Assembly (NCBI RefSeq): GCF_036321535.1 | Contig: NC_087437.1 | Span: 77,068,001 to 77,132,000 of the forward strand | Source: Camelus dromedarius | Taxonomy: Eukaryota | DNA length: 64,000 nucleotides | Direction: 5' to 3' | Shown here: positions 14,079 to 26,075 of the stretch, in pieces | Position numbering within the stretch: the stretch's first letter is position 1 | How the letters are laid out: each line of letters begins with the position of its first letter | Position numbers and translations under genes: made by a program | Notes under the pieces: model-generated | The model's database searches: none | What the model was told of the DNA's origin: nothing | Seen by the model: only the letters and a program-made list of their open reading frames with translations

Positions 14079-14652
14079 CTGTGATCCTCAGAAGGACGAA
14101 TGCTTCTCAGGCACCATCAGGCTTAAGTCCACTCCCTGCCCCAAGTTCTCTGCATGTGTTCTGGGGGACCAGCAGCATTGTGATGAGGCCAAGGCTATGG
14201 ATATCCCCCAACATGGACATCAAGGTTCTGAAGAAACTCAACAAGAATAGGAAACTGGTCAAGAAGTTGGCTAAGAAGTGTGATGCCTTTTTGGCTGCAG
14301 AGTCTCTGATCAAGCAGATCCCAAGAATCCTGGCCCAGGTCTGAATAAGGCTGGTGAGTTCCTTTCTTTGCTGATCCACAGTGAGAACATAGTGGCCAAA
14401 GCTGATGAAGTGAAGTCCACGATCAAGTTCCTAATGAAGAAGGTGCTGCGTCTGGCAGTGGCTGTTGGTCACGTAAAGATGACAGATGATGAACCTGTGT
14501 ACAGCATCCACTTAGCTGGCAACTGTCTGGCGTCATTGCTCAAGAAAACTTGGCGGAACGTCCGGGCTTTGTACAGTAAGAGCATCATGGGCAAGCCCCA
14601 GTGCCTGTGCTAAGGCACAGCTTAATAAACCATACTGCCACCACTTAAAAAA
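14079..14652 (+). pseudogene. RPL10A: Processed pseudogene of 60S ribosomal protein L10a (uL1), 5'-truncated
   Basis: Intronless. Across frames it reads [83 protein letters not shown]/...[35 protein letters not shown]...MGKPQCLC*, matching RPL10A from about residue 41 to the stop (TAA 14611-14613). +1 frameshift near 14210, -1 near 14332. AATAAA at 14624-14629 and a short A remnant at 14647-14652. Confidence 0.96.
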
Positions 14653-17387
14653 TGCAGCATAGTCAGTTTGTTGTGGGAAATGAAATAGAAACAATAGGGT
14701 GCAAGATAACCTTGAATAACACCCAAACATACATAATGCATTAAGAAAAAAGAGAAAGAGAAGATAGGACCAGAGGATTAAATGGAAACCAAAAATAGTC
14801 TATTTCAAAGCCCAAGTGAAAAAATAAAATCTTCATGGTGATTTACATGGACTTAGAGTTCATTGTTTGAAGTTCAGGAAAGTGGGAATTGAAGGGACAA
14901 AAATAACTGGGACTGGAAATTACAAGGCTAACGATGCTTCCTTAAATACACAGTATCATTAGAGTCATGTGGAACAAATCAGATATGGAGGAATATATGG
15001 CCAGCAGATGATAAGAAATAGACGGTCAGTCATCTTTGCAAAAGTGAAGCAGGCAAAATCTGGATTTAATGGTAGCATTTGAAAGTTTTTTTGGGAATAT
15101 TCTGGGGAAAAAATGAAAGAAAAACACTAGGCCAAAGCTTATTTGATACTAGATACCATGAATTTGTAGTGGGCAAAGGCCATGTGATTTTGTTTTGCAG
15201 CCCTGGCCAATAAGGAGAAGGTAGACTAGGAGTTAATCCGAGGTTCAGAATGGGTGCTCTCTGAGTTAAAAATCATGAGACAGTCGTAGGGAGTAGCAAA
15301 TATGGCATGAAAATAGATGTTCACAGAGGCAAGTTAGCACCCAAATAATCTTTAGAACTAGTCTTAACTTCTTTCAAAATAGAACCAAGCAATATCCTGG
15401 CAGCATACATTACAGTGGTGGATGCCTGATATTTTATATAGACAACTTGATTGTTTCTTAAAGTTGGCTTTGAGCCTGAAAACAATATGCATTTGGAGTC
15501 TAAGAGGAAACCAATAGCAAAAGTATAGCAATTAAATCCAGGTTCAGCCCTCTGCTAACCCTTTTAGCTGTCTCAGCCTGACAGTCTGAATTTGGCAAGG
15601 GAGCTGCTCAGTCTGCTCCGCCCTCTTGGCGAGGCAGCCATCTGGCCAATTGCACCTGTTTCCAACAGCCCTACTACTCCCAGGAGCCCTATGTTGGTTT
15701 AAATGAAGTGGGAGCTAATGGGACTTGAATTACATGTGGAATGGGATGGAAATGTGTGAAAAGGAAGGCGAAGCAAAGCCAATTAGCTAACCTGGAATGG
15801 ATGAACTAAACTGAGTAATTGGAAAGAATGGCAGAACAAGGTTGGACAAAATAGCAACCAAGATGATGAATGTACTTTAAAAAAAGAAGCAGACAAGTCC
15901 ATGGTCTGGGGGGGAAAAACGAAACTCCATCTGCCTATTCAAGTGGCTCCAGCTTCTCATTCATATTAAAGATAATTCTGAACTATGCTCTGGCAGCACC
16001 GCTGAAACAAATTGCTTCGGGGAACAGGCTTCCTCTCTCCCAACCTCCGCCTGATGACTTGCAGTACATAATGAGCGCTGTGGTGCTGTCAGAGGAGCAG
16101 AGTCTGCACCTAGAAGAGATTAAACTGAAAGAAGGGGAAGCCTCTAAAATAGCATATCTTTCCTCCCTACAGAAATAACGAAGATATTTTTTAGGAAAAA
16201 ATTGCTGAAATAGTCTAGATGTGAATTTTGCCTCATTTTACATATCATTTCAGATTTTATCAATCTCTTAGCATTACTTACTGTTTTAGCCGTACTTACT
16301 GCCGCACCTCCTATTTGTACTAGTTCACACTAGCAAAAATATGTCACAGGATTAAAATTCCCTTTATTTTCTATATTGAAAAACTAAGGACTGTATGACA
16401 TGCCCCATATATATATATATTTTACTATGATAGTTTGTGAAATTTCACAACCATGTAATAGCTCCAATTGCAAAATAATTAACCTTAGATGCCTAGAATA
16501 TGAAGACCTAAAAACCTTTTGAAATCACTTGCCCCAGAAGTTAATCAGCAAAGAAATAGTATATTGAAATTCTGCACGTGTGTGCATATGAGTGTTTAAC
16601 TATTTAACTCATTGCTGACTTTTACTCAGAATTAACAAGTTACCAGAAAATACCTACATGTCTTAAATTTAGACTGTTTTTGTTAATCAGCATGTCTCTG
16701 AGCTAAGCATTTCAGAGAAAAAAAAAACGGGGGAAACTATTTTCTATGATGCCAAAGTTATATAACAAATCCACACGTTCCCCTGTGTTCACTGAGTTTT
16801 GCTTCTTCATGAAAGGTCAGGGAAAGAGTAAATACATTCTGTTAGGAAAGGTCAGTGGTGGCCAAACATAGACATTTTCCATATTTTCAAACATGGCCTG
16901 TCCCCACATTAACTCATACAAACATTTGGGCACCTATCAAAATTAGTAATTTTGGTACAAGGGGAAAGTTTGAGAAACTAGGAAGGACAAGTTTCAGTGT
17001 GTGTCTTTGTGGGCATGTGTATGTGTTTAATGCCAGATACTGAGCAGATAGTGGGCTATGAAGTTGGTGATTTTATGTCCATTTTCACATTCTATTTCTG
17101 TACTTCAAGTCTCCAACTCTAAAGATTTTTATGTGGGTATCATGGTGGCATATAATAAAACTCAGGGAGATTAACAAAAAGTCATACAGTGGGTTTTCTT
17201 GGGGGTAGTTTGAAATATATAGGTTTTGCTTTGGTTTTGTCTTTCATATGAACTCCTGAAGTACATCAGGAAGGAGAGCGCACTATTAATGCTTATGGAA
17301 ACCACTATAATAAAGAAAAATAAAGTATTTTGACTTCAGGAATCTCCCACTTACAGATTATCTTCCCTTTATTTTATCTGCCCCATT

Positions 17388-17407
17388 ACACACACACACA
17401 CACACAC
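17388..17407 (+). repeat. (AC)n microsatellite
   Basis: About 10 AC units. Confidence 0.95.
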
Positions 17408-20400
17408 TTGCTAAGTTGACATTGCTTTTCCTCTTTCAAATTGGCCCAATGTGTTTCTTTTATCAGTGACTTATAAAAAGAAGTCGTTGATTTAGAAATG
17501 ATAGCAGTCACCTAAAAAAAATTCATTTATTCATTGTAAAGATCTCAAAATAACCCTACTCTTTCTGGGATGCTCTGCAGAAGGAAATAAAATGAGATTA
17601 ACTGGGCTAAATGCCAAGGGAAAGTAGTAATTAGACACTTGCCCAGAAGAGATGCCAAACCTTCAACACTACCAGAAAAAAGTGAAGAGAAAAACTGAAA
17701 TGGCAACGTGAACACTGCATTCGAACTTCACAGATTTCAAGATTCAAAGATTTCATTAACATTAGGGAGAATTTAGGGAAGCCATGTAATAAAATACTTA
17801 TTTAGAGGTCAAGAGGCTTAAATTCAGGTTTGAAAGAACTTAATGTAGATATGTAGATTAATCAGGATACTTAAACTCAGAACTATGTGTTTTCTTTCTA
17901 AATTCTCGCTTATTTTCTGCAACTTACATCTTCTCTGTATTTGTAGATTTCAAACTCTCTCCCTCCCTTTAGCTATTATAAGAGATGAATTCTGTGACAT
18001 TAATGAAAGAATTTGTAGAATTTGAACTTCACAAAAGCATGTTATGATTATCATCATCTTCGTATTCAAAAACTTCTTCCAGACACACACGTGGCCTCAA
18101 AATAGAAGCAACATGGAGACAAAGGATTAGTTGACTTGCAAATGAATAAGGGAATTGTTTTAGAGAGGCAGTTGTATATCAGCAGACCATGTTATTTCAA
18201 GCATGGGCTTTTCTTGAAGACAGTGTATGGAATTTAAAAATTAACTGCAATAGTGCCAATCCTATTTTTGCTTGTGGGGAAGGAGGGCAAGGTTAATATA
18301 GTTAGCAGTGTTACATAGAAACCTTCATTGCTTCTATGTCTTCTGGTAATTGTGCGTCTTTCCTTCTTATTCTTTAAGCAGATAGAGACTTTACAAACAT
18401 CTCTTCCTCTGTTGTTCCACCAAAATTTAATAATAATAATAAGGATGATGATGTTGATACCACAAAGAGAACAAAGCCACCAGCAGACGTGGGTGGCGCA
18501 CACAGGTTAATACAGTGCTGCAAACCTCACAGACCCAGGGCCAACATTTTGCAAAGTGTACCCGGGGGTCACATAACCAATGGTTTGATAAACTACAGTC
18601 ATAGAAAAACGTTAATAACAAAGATCTCAAAATATAAGAAGCTGCCATCCCAACATAAATGATGTGGAACAAGGCACTGTTCTGACAAGAACTATTTCAT
18701 TAACCATGGTTAAGGGTTATTGTCAGTTGTTTAGAACAGAGAACTCAAGACTGAAATCCAGCTCCTGTGTACAGACTTTTTACTTCATTCAATATGAATA
18801 TTCCTTAATCTCCCTCAACAAAATGTTGTCGTCTCCATGAGGTCTTGATTTAAATAACCTCTTCTTTCTGTTACTGGACATACCTCATTTAGTAAAACCA
18901 ATGCAACCATTATAGTTAAGTTTCCAGTTTCCAGTTTCCAGTGCAGGAAAAAACAAGAGTCCCCCTTTCCAAATTTTCTTTCAAAGCTTATACTCATTGG
19001 ATATGGGGCATCACAGAAAAAAACAATCCAGAAGAATCTTCTAAACTGAAGATATGAAATATTATAGTCAAGATTGTGGTGATGGAGCATATTTTAGAAG
19101 TCAAAGCTATTAGGTAGTATCAGTTCCCACTTTTGGCATATCTAGACATATTTGGCAGCCACAAAGTTGTTAAGGAGGTAGCAAGTTTTTCACTCCAATT
19201 TGCCGTTTGGCAATTTCTTAGTCACATTCTCAAGCCAGAGATTTCTCTCATGCCACAAGATGAAGAGTATAATTACCAATAAACCCATCAACTCATATTG
19301 CTTCTAACCACTGAAGACAATTTCTTCATTAAATCCCAGCCCTCCTTTTGGACTAGGTCTTTTTCATAACCAATCAAATGATAAATGAAGTCTCACATTG
19401 TTTAGAAAACTATGCTTGTCATGGAGTCGATATTTGTCCGACCATCCCCCTGGAAAGTCCCATTCATCAGGCCTTGTCAAGTTGCATTACTCAGCCCCAT
19501 TAATGCCACCTCACAGGCCGTGGCGCTGTGTCCCGCCGGAGCTGCCTGATAGGCTGCTCCACCCTGCACAGACTCCTAAGGGGCCCTTTGAGAAATGCTT
19601 TATCGAGGGCTCTGGTGAAGGAAACAGCACCTTAATGAAAGACATGCACCGGAGCATAATTAACTCCGGCTACAGCCCATTGCTATTGTCACCAGTCCTT
19701 TCATTGATTTGTCACCTGTGAGGATGAGAACTAACCTTTTCTCAACTGAAAGCACAGGTGATAGGAGAAGCTATTTAAGTGAAATTAGAGGAGAGGTGAT
19801 TTCAAAAGCTGTTGTAATAGAAATGTTTTCTATTCTCTCAGCTGAAAGAGGAACCAGTACTCGATCTCTCGGTGTCGTTAGATTCAGGAGAACAGAAAAC
19901 AAAGTCAGAAGAAAAGCCACAGATTGTCAAGAAAACCATTTGGCACAAGAGGTAAATGTTTATTTGAATTGTGACAAACACTGTTAGTAGAACATCAAGA
20001 TGTGGTAGATTTAAGCCCTTTGTCTTTGCAAACACTCTGAACACAGAATATGGGGAGTGGAGGATCACTGAAGTCATGACGATGTATCTGGAATGAAAAG
20101 CAGACTGATGACAGCTGTGCCCTTTTACAGTGCTCTCCTGTTCTTTCCTTATTTTTTTACTGTCAGCTTCTTTGAAAGAATTAAATGAAAAGATTATTTA
20201 CACCTGCTTTAAAATGCTATACAGGCACACATGTGTGCATGCACACACACACACACAATTCAGCATTATTCCAGAATTATATGCAGCTTCTGGCCTAATT
20301 GCCTTTGCAGAGCAACAAAAGAAGTAAATGACTTTTTTACTTAAGCTGCAAATTGGATTCCTCTCAGCTACGGCAGCACCTGTGGGTGGAGGCCTCCCTT

Positions 20401-20786
20401 TAGAATGACAGTGTCCAAATACGAACAAACCTTGCTCTTCTCCCCAAGGGAAACAGAATTCAGAGGATCTGTGAGACAGCACATGGCTAAATAATCTGAT
20501 GATCTGGCTACTTTTGTGACATTGCAATATTTATTTAGTGCTAATAGTGGTAGGATATACTCCTGCCCAAGTGGAATTCACAATTTGAAAGGGCAGCTTT
20601 AAAACACCAAGTGCTAAGCCTGGATGAAAGCAGTGTGTCTAGTCAAGTTCTCTCCAAAAAATTCTATAATTAACTGGAAAGCCCTGTTGTCAAGATTTTC
20701 TTTGTTCTTTATGGAAGTATATTACTTTTTTTATCCCAATTTTTAGGATCTCATTTTTTTGCTCCTAAAAATACCTTCCCCTGAAT

Positions 20787-21117
20787 GTTTACCCACAATC
20801 CCTTATTAAAATTTCAAAATCTAAGAGCTCCCAAATTGTAGAGTTTGTTTTAATGTGTTTGGTGGTAAACTCTGCCCTAACTTGAACCAAATAGCAGTCA
20901 AATTTTACCTGAGCTTATATTCATATTCTTTATTTGTCGACTTGGTGTGAATATTAATACATTCCAATGTCTTTGATCACAGAACACTGACCCAGGCTTA
21001 GGAAGGGTGTTATGTAGTACGTAGTAAATGCCCTGTATTACGTTTGTCAAACTGGAAAAGTGATCAGTTCTGAACTGCTTGTCTCCAAGGAATTCAGTTA
21101 AGTGACTGTGAAACTGT
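20787..21117. mobile_element. MER46C/Tigger-like DNA transposon
   Basis: CCCACAATCCCTTATTAAAATTTCAAAATC at the left end and CCAAGGAATTCAGTTAAGTGACTGTGAAACTG at the right end form degenerate TIRs. Confidence 0.6.
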
Positions 21118-21499
21118 TCTCTAGTCTCATTCTACCACCTGATCCTGGTTTTTCTTATAATTATATGTTCAGACTGGAAGTTTTGGCATAGGAACTTAGC
21201 CTTTTTAAAAAAAGGTTAATTGTAAAAATTCTGAAAGAGGTAAGTGGACCTGGACCTGGGATCCTTTGTAAAGCCAAGAACTGCCTGTTTCTTAAAAACA
21301 GGATTAGTCACATTTCATCCACCGACTAAAGAAACTACAAGGAAGAATGCTGCCTGCCAGGGGGTGAGGGTAGAAATCATCACACAACAGAAATTTAAAC
21401 CCAAGCCCGGGTCACTCATAAGTTGAAAATGAAGTTCACATTACCCATGGTGTGGAATATCAACCTAAGACATCAATGTGAATACTGGTCCAAAGTACT

Positions 21500-22256
21500 T
21501 CTGTTGGTTTTTTATTGCTGTGTGACAAATTACCACAAACCTACTGGCTTAAAACAATGTCCACTTATTAGTTCACAGTGCTGTAGGCCAAAAGACGTGG
21601 GCAGACTCAGCTGGGTTCTCTGCTTAGGGTCATTTGAGGCCAAAATCAAGGTGTCAGCCAAGCTGAGCTCTTATCTGGATGTTTTGGGGAAGAGTCTTCT
21701 TCGGGGCTCATTTAGGTTGTTGGCAGATTGGTTTCCTTGTAAGTTTAGACGAGTTACTTTTTCCTTTTCTATCTTTTATTACACTGAAAAATTTCTTTTG
21801 CCAGTATGTCAGTGAGTGTTCAATCAGAGAAAAAGAAGAAGGGATATATATTAAGGGATTTATTGGAAAGAATTGGCATATGTGAGTGTGGGGACTGACT
21901 GGGAAAGTTGGAAATCCATAGGATACGTTGGCAGGAAGGGCAAGCTGGAACTGTAGTCCACAAGCGGAATTCTTCTGAGAAGCCTCAGTTCTGCTTATAA
22001 GGCCTTTCAACTGATTAAATCAGGCCCACCTAGACTAGCTAGGATAACCTCCCTTACTTAAAATTAGCTAATTATGGATTTTAATCATATCTACAAATAC
22101 CTTCAGAGCAAATCCTAGATTACTGTTTGGTTTAATAACTGGGGACTTTAGCCTACCGAGTTGGCATATAAATTGACCATCACAGCCAGTAATATAACAT
22201 AATCATAGGGTAGGAGACAAAGGTCGTGGGGGCCAACTAGAATCCTAGCTACTGCA
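21500..22256 (-). mobile_element. MLT1 (MaLR) LTR split by a nested insertion
   Basis: TATTGCTGTGTGACAAATTACCACAAAC...AAAATCAAGGTGTCAGC (21500-21740) and the remaining end GGGGCCAACTAGAATCCTAGCTACTGCA (22192-22256). Confidence 0.75.
21807..22184 (-). mobile_element. MLT2-like ERVL solo LTR nested in MLT1
   Basis: TGTCAGTGAGTGTTCAATCAGAGA...AAGGCCTTTCAACTGATT...AAATTGACCATCACA, flanked by GCCAGTA on both sides. Confidence 0.8.
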
Positions 22257-22319
22257 CCACTGAACCTCCTATAACCACAAAAGATGTAAACCAGTCTACA
22301 GAGAACTTCAGATTCCCCA

Positions 22320-23810
22320 GAGTCCAAAGAGTCCTACTAAAAATGAAATCACATTAAAAAATTGCAGAACAAATGAAGGAACTGTCACCTGAAGTGGGGG
22401 TTGGTACGTATAGCAAAGAGAGGAACTAACACCAAGAAATGGAAGCAATATTACAATGTAGAATGAAATTTGAATACTCTGCTAGTAAACGATTAAGAAG
22501 ATTTTTTAAAAAGAATAGAAATCACATTGAAAGTACTAAACTGTGAGGGGAAGGCAAGTTTAAGGTAGGAACAAATCTAACCTTAAGAAATGAAATATAT
22601 AGCCCCTCAAATTCAAAGCAATAACAAAAATAAGTACATTTTAAAGACTTAGATAATAAGTTCCATTGAGAAAATAAACCAGGAGAAGGGGAACCTTGAA
22701 AAAAAATCACAGAAAACAAAGCTCAAAGAGATAAACTTATGGGTCACATAAAAAAAAAAAAAAGTTTTGATCATAGAGGTTAGATTCAGTATGTCCAACA
22801 TATAGCTAATAAAATTCCGTAAGAGAAAACATGAGAGGCAATGTCCAACACACAAAAAGACCCGGGTTTTCTTGAATTTAATAAATATGAGAACATCAAC
22901 AATATAGAAATCTTAAAAGTAAATCAGAAAAAATTAAAAGACAACCAAAAAAAAAAAAATTAGGGTAAAAGTAAAAATATTTATAAGGAATAACGAAATA
23001 ATATCCTGTGCTGAGGTAAAATGATTGTCAACTTAGAACTTCACTCATTGGTAGGGACTCAAGAGAGATTGAATAATGCTTTCAGTGTGAGAGTTTATCA
23101 TTTTCAAAAGGTTCTTTACTAACAAGGACACTGACACAAAACCAAGAGTGGAATGTGAAGAGAAACGGGCAGAGAAATTGATGAAAATGTTTGTGAATTT
23201 AAATAATCATTGATGGGTGCTACTACGGTTACTGCTGTGACTTCTACTACCAGTACTAACACTAACCAGTTGGGAAAAGGCAATAGTTAGTAGCAAGCTG
23301 AGTGAAATACAGAACGTATATAATAAGGAAGATGGGAAGATGGAACAAATACTACAAAGTATTTCAAATAAACTGTATCAACAGAACTACACCTTCCCAT
23401 GCTGAATGAAAAAAATGCTGAAGTGATTTGAAGGAACACTGAGTAAAGAAAGTAAGATGCAGGAGAATATGCATGGTGTTACACCATGTAGCTTTAATTT
23501 AAAAGTACACAAAACTATATAGAACATAGCTTTCTATGTATACATACCTGACACAGTTTTTTTTTTTTAAATCATAGGTGGGAAGGATGCACACCAACCT
23601 CAGGGGACTAAGTTTGTTTAGTAAGGCTGGGAAGAAAATGAAAACAGAGAAGGGTGAAAAAGAGTTCGGTTCATCAGCAGCATTTTTTTAGAAATAAAAA
23701 CTTCTAAAACAAACATGGAAAATACTAACAATTTTTAAATATAGTTCTCTGTTATACTCTGTAATAATCTTGTGTATTTGAAAGATTTATTTCTTTAAAT
23801 GAAAGAAAAA
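22320..23810 (+). mobile_element. Old L1ME-like fragments (ORF1-like and 3' end)
   Basis: A-rich, with ORF1-like relics (GATTCAGTATGTCCAACATATAGCTAATA, TGTCAACTTAGAA) and 3'-end-like GGAAGGATGCACACCAA. Confidence 0.55.
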
Positions 23811-25619
23811 TATATTGAATATCAAGAAATAAGATTAATTGGAAGGGCTCTGTGAAGTAAAATCAGAAAACTGTTAACAATTCTGTTTCAGTAATCCATG
23901 CAAGAGATGATCTATGACAGTGGCTCCCAACAACAACAATAAAAAAAGAAAGTTAATGAGACTTTTCAAATGTAGAATCAATATGACTTGATGAACAATT
24001 TTGTATGAGTGGCAAAGGAAAATGTTGAATCAAGAATGACTTTGTTGTCTTGAGAAATTAAATGAATGTTGACACTTCCAATTTTCTAAAAGGCAGAAAG
24101 TTGTAAAATCTTGATAGAGTTGTCCAAAGGATCTCTGGAAATATGAATCTATATTATAGACAAGAGTTTGGAGTCAAATAGATGGATGCATGAGTGGATG
24201 GACTGACAGATGAATAAAAACCTCTATATCTATTTATCCATTCTTCCTTTAATTCTTCAAGCTGTTTGTCTTTACTTTCTAACGACCCTAATTGCCCATA
24301 CTGTTACATTCCAAATTATCTTCTTTTATATTAAATTATTTAATGGCATTTTATTTTTCTCTTGAATTTAATTTTTCTGTTTACATTCTCCTTCCATTTT
24401 TCTCAAAGCTTTTAACGGATAAAGAAGGAATGATGAAAGGAGCTATAGATGATTTTAAAAAGCATAAAGATAGATTGTATAACAGTCATAAAAAACCTCA
24501 TAACCACAAATAACTGAATTTTTACAATTTGACTCAATCAAGTTTCCTTATAGTTAGAATTTCAACTTGAAGTTATTATTTTTCCCTCTCTACTCTCTTT
24601 AATTATAGGAAGCTTTTACTAGCTTATAATTTAGAGAAATTTGCCCTAAAAAGGAAATTTTATTTACCATCTGGGTATTCTCCAGATTATAGTTTATTGA
24701 TAGAAATTGATACAAACAGTTGGGGAATACAGTTCTTTGAAAGAGTTGATTATAAAATTCATCACAAACAATCTTAAAATGCTCGCATTCTTTAGAGTTG
24801 TAGGAATCTTTAAATACCAAACTCTGCTTTCCTCTGCATGTAATCTTATTAAATTCCCTCCTTCTCTTGGAAGGATACTTCCCACATCTTTGTCTTTTTG
24901 ACTTCTTTGGATCCTTCAAGTCTTCACGAGTACTTATGTTCCTCTATGAAGCCTTTCCAACTTTCCAGGCAGAAAGTCTTCCACAGCGCTGAAATAGTGA
25001 ACAGTAAATAACGACACACTTTTGGAAATGAACTTGATACTTGTCATCACTGTTTCTGTTGGCTCTTTGGGTAGGAATGGGGATAGTGCAATTCCTTTAT
25101 AGCAATAGTAAGATGCTTAAAAGATGCTAGTAACCGAACAGTGAAACTTCCTAAATACCTAGAAATATAACTGACATTTATTTTATATTGATATAAGTTT
25201 TTTTTTTTTCAGGTAAAGAAAGAAGTCAAGAGAATCCAGTATTTTTTTATGATAGGTATTGATGAAGGGACAGTAAGAAAGAAATGACTGAAAAGGAAAA
25301 AACATTCATTCTTCCTAGAAATTTAGGCAAAGTTGCTAAATATAAGCATGGGAATTGTTTCTCATTGTAATATTTCATTCATTCAACACACTGAGTACTT
25401 ACTGTAAGTCAGGCCCTATGCCAGACCCAGAAATACGATGGCAGAAAACTCAGACCAGCAATCTTGCAATAGATGGTAGAATATGTTGAGCAGAATCATC
25501 TCTGCTCCCTTAAAATGCTTCCCCAGTGTCTTGCAGACTTACCATCTAGGCCTTACACACTTCAAGAAGAAACGTAGCCCTTCCTGCTTCCCTTTGAGGT
25601 AGTTCAAGCTTCACATGCT

Positions 25620-26075
25620 GATCGTGTTACCGACCTTGCGGAGTCCGTCCCCACCAAGGGTCTTCCTCCCAGTGTTACTCACAGCACTAGGAGACCAAGT
25701 TCAGTTCAGAAGCAAAGGAAAATTTTAGTCCTTTTTCAGAGAATGGAGAGGGGTGGGCTCGCCCTCAGGAGCACATGCTGTCCCTGACGGCGGAGGGCGG
25801 GGCTGCTTTTTATGGGTCTCAGCAGCGGATGGGGGTGGGAGGGGGCGGGGGAGGAGGCAGAGGTCAGGGCGGGCACAGGTGAGCTGCTCAAGCTCCAGAT
25901 CTGGGCTTGCGCAGCGCCTCCTCCCCGCACGAGACCCTCCGCCGCCGCCGCCATCTTGAATTCTGCGTACGGTCCGACCAGCTGAGGCGGTGGCGCAGCC
26001 GTCTGGCAGGAAGAACTCCGGTCTGAAGCACTGGGTGCATGGCTTCTGTGTGGCGCCGTGTGAGCACGTGAAACT
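25620..26075. promoter_or_regulatory. CpG-rich promoter-like island
   Basis: Clearest CpG/GC-rich segment in the window. GC boxes at 25795-25802, 25841-25850 and 25867-25873; YY1 consensus GCCGCCATCTTG at 25947-25958; E-box CACGTG at 26065-26070; minus-strand CATAAAAA at 25814-25807. Confidence 0.75.

Noticed and set aside
16074..16090. REST/RE1-like motif AGCGCTGTGGTGCTGTC
   Set aside because: Lacks the central bases and correct half-site spacing of the canonical RE1.
24601..24777. Open frame after an acceptor-like site (KLLLAYNLEKF...HKQS*)
   Set aside because: No recognisable homology, no donor and no partner exons.
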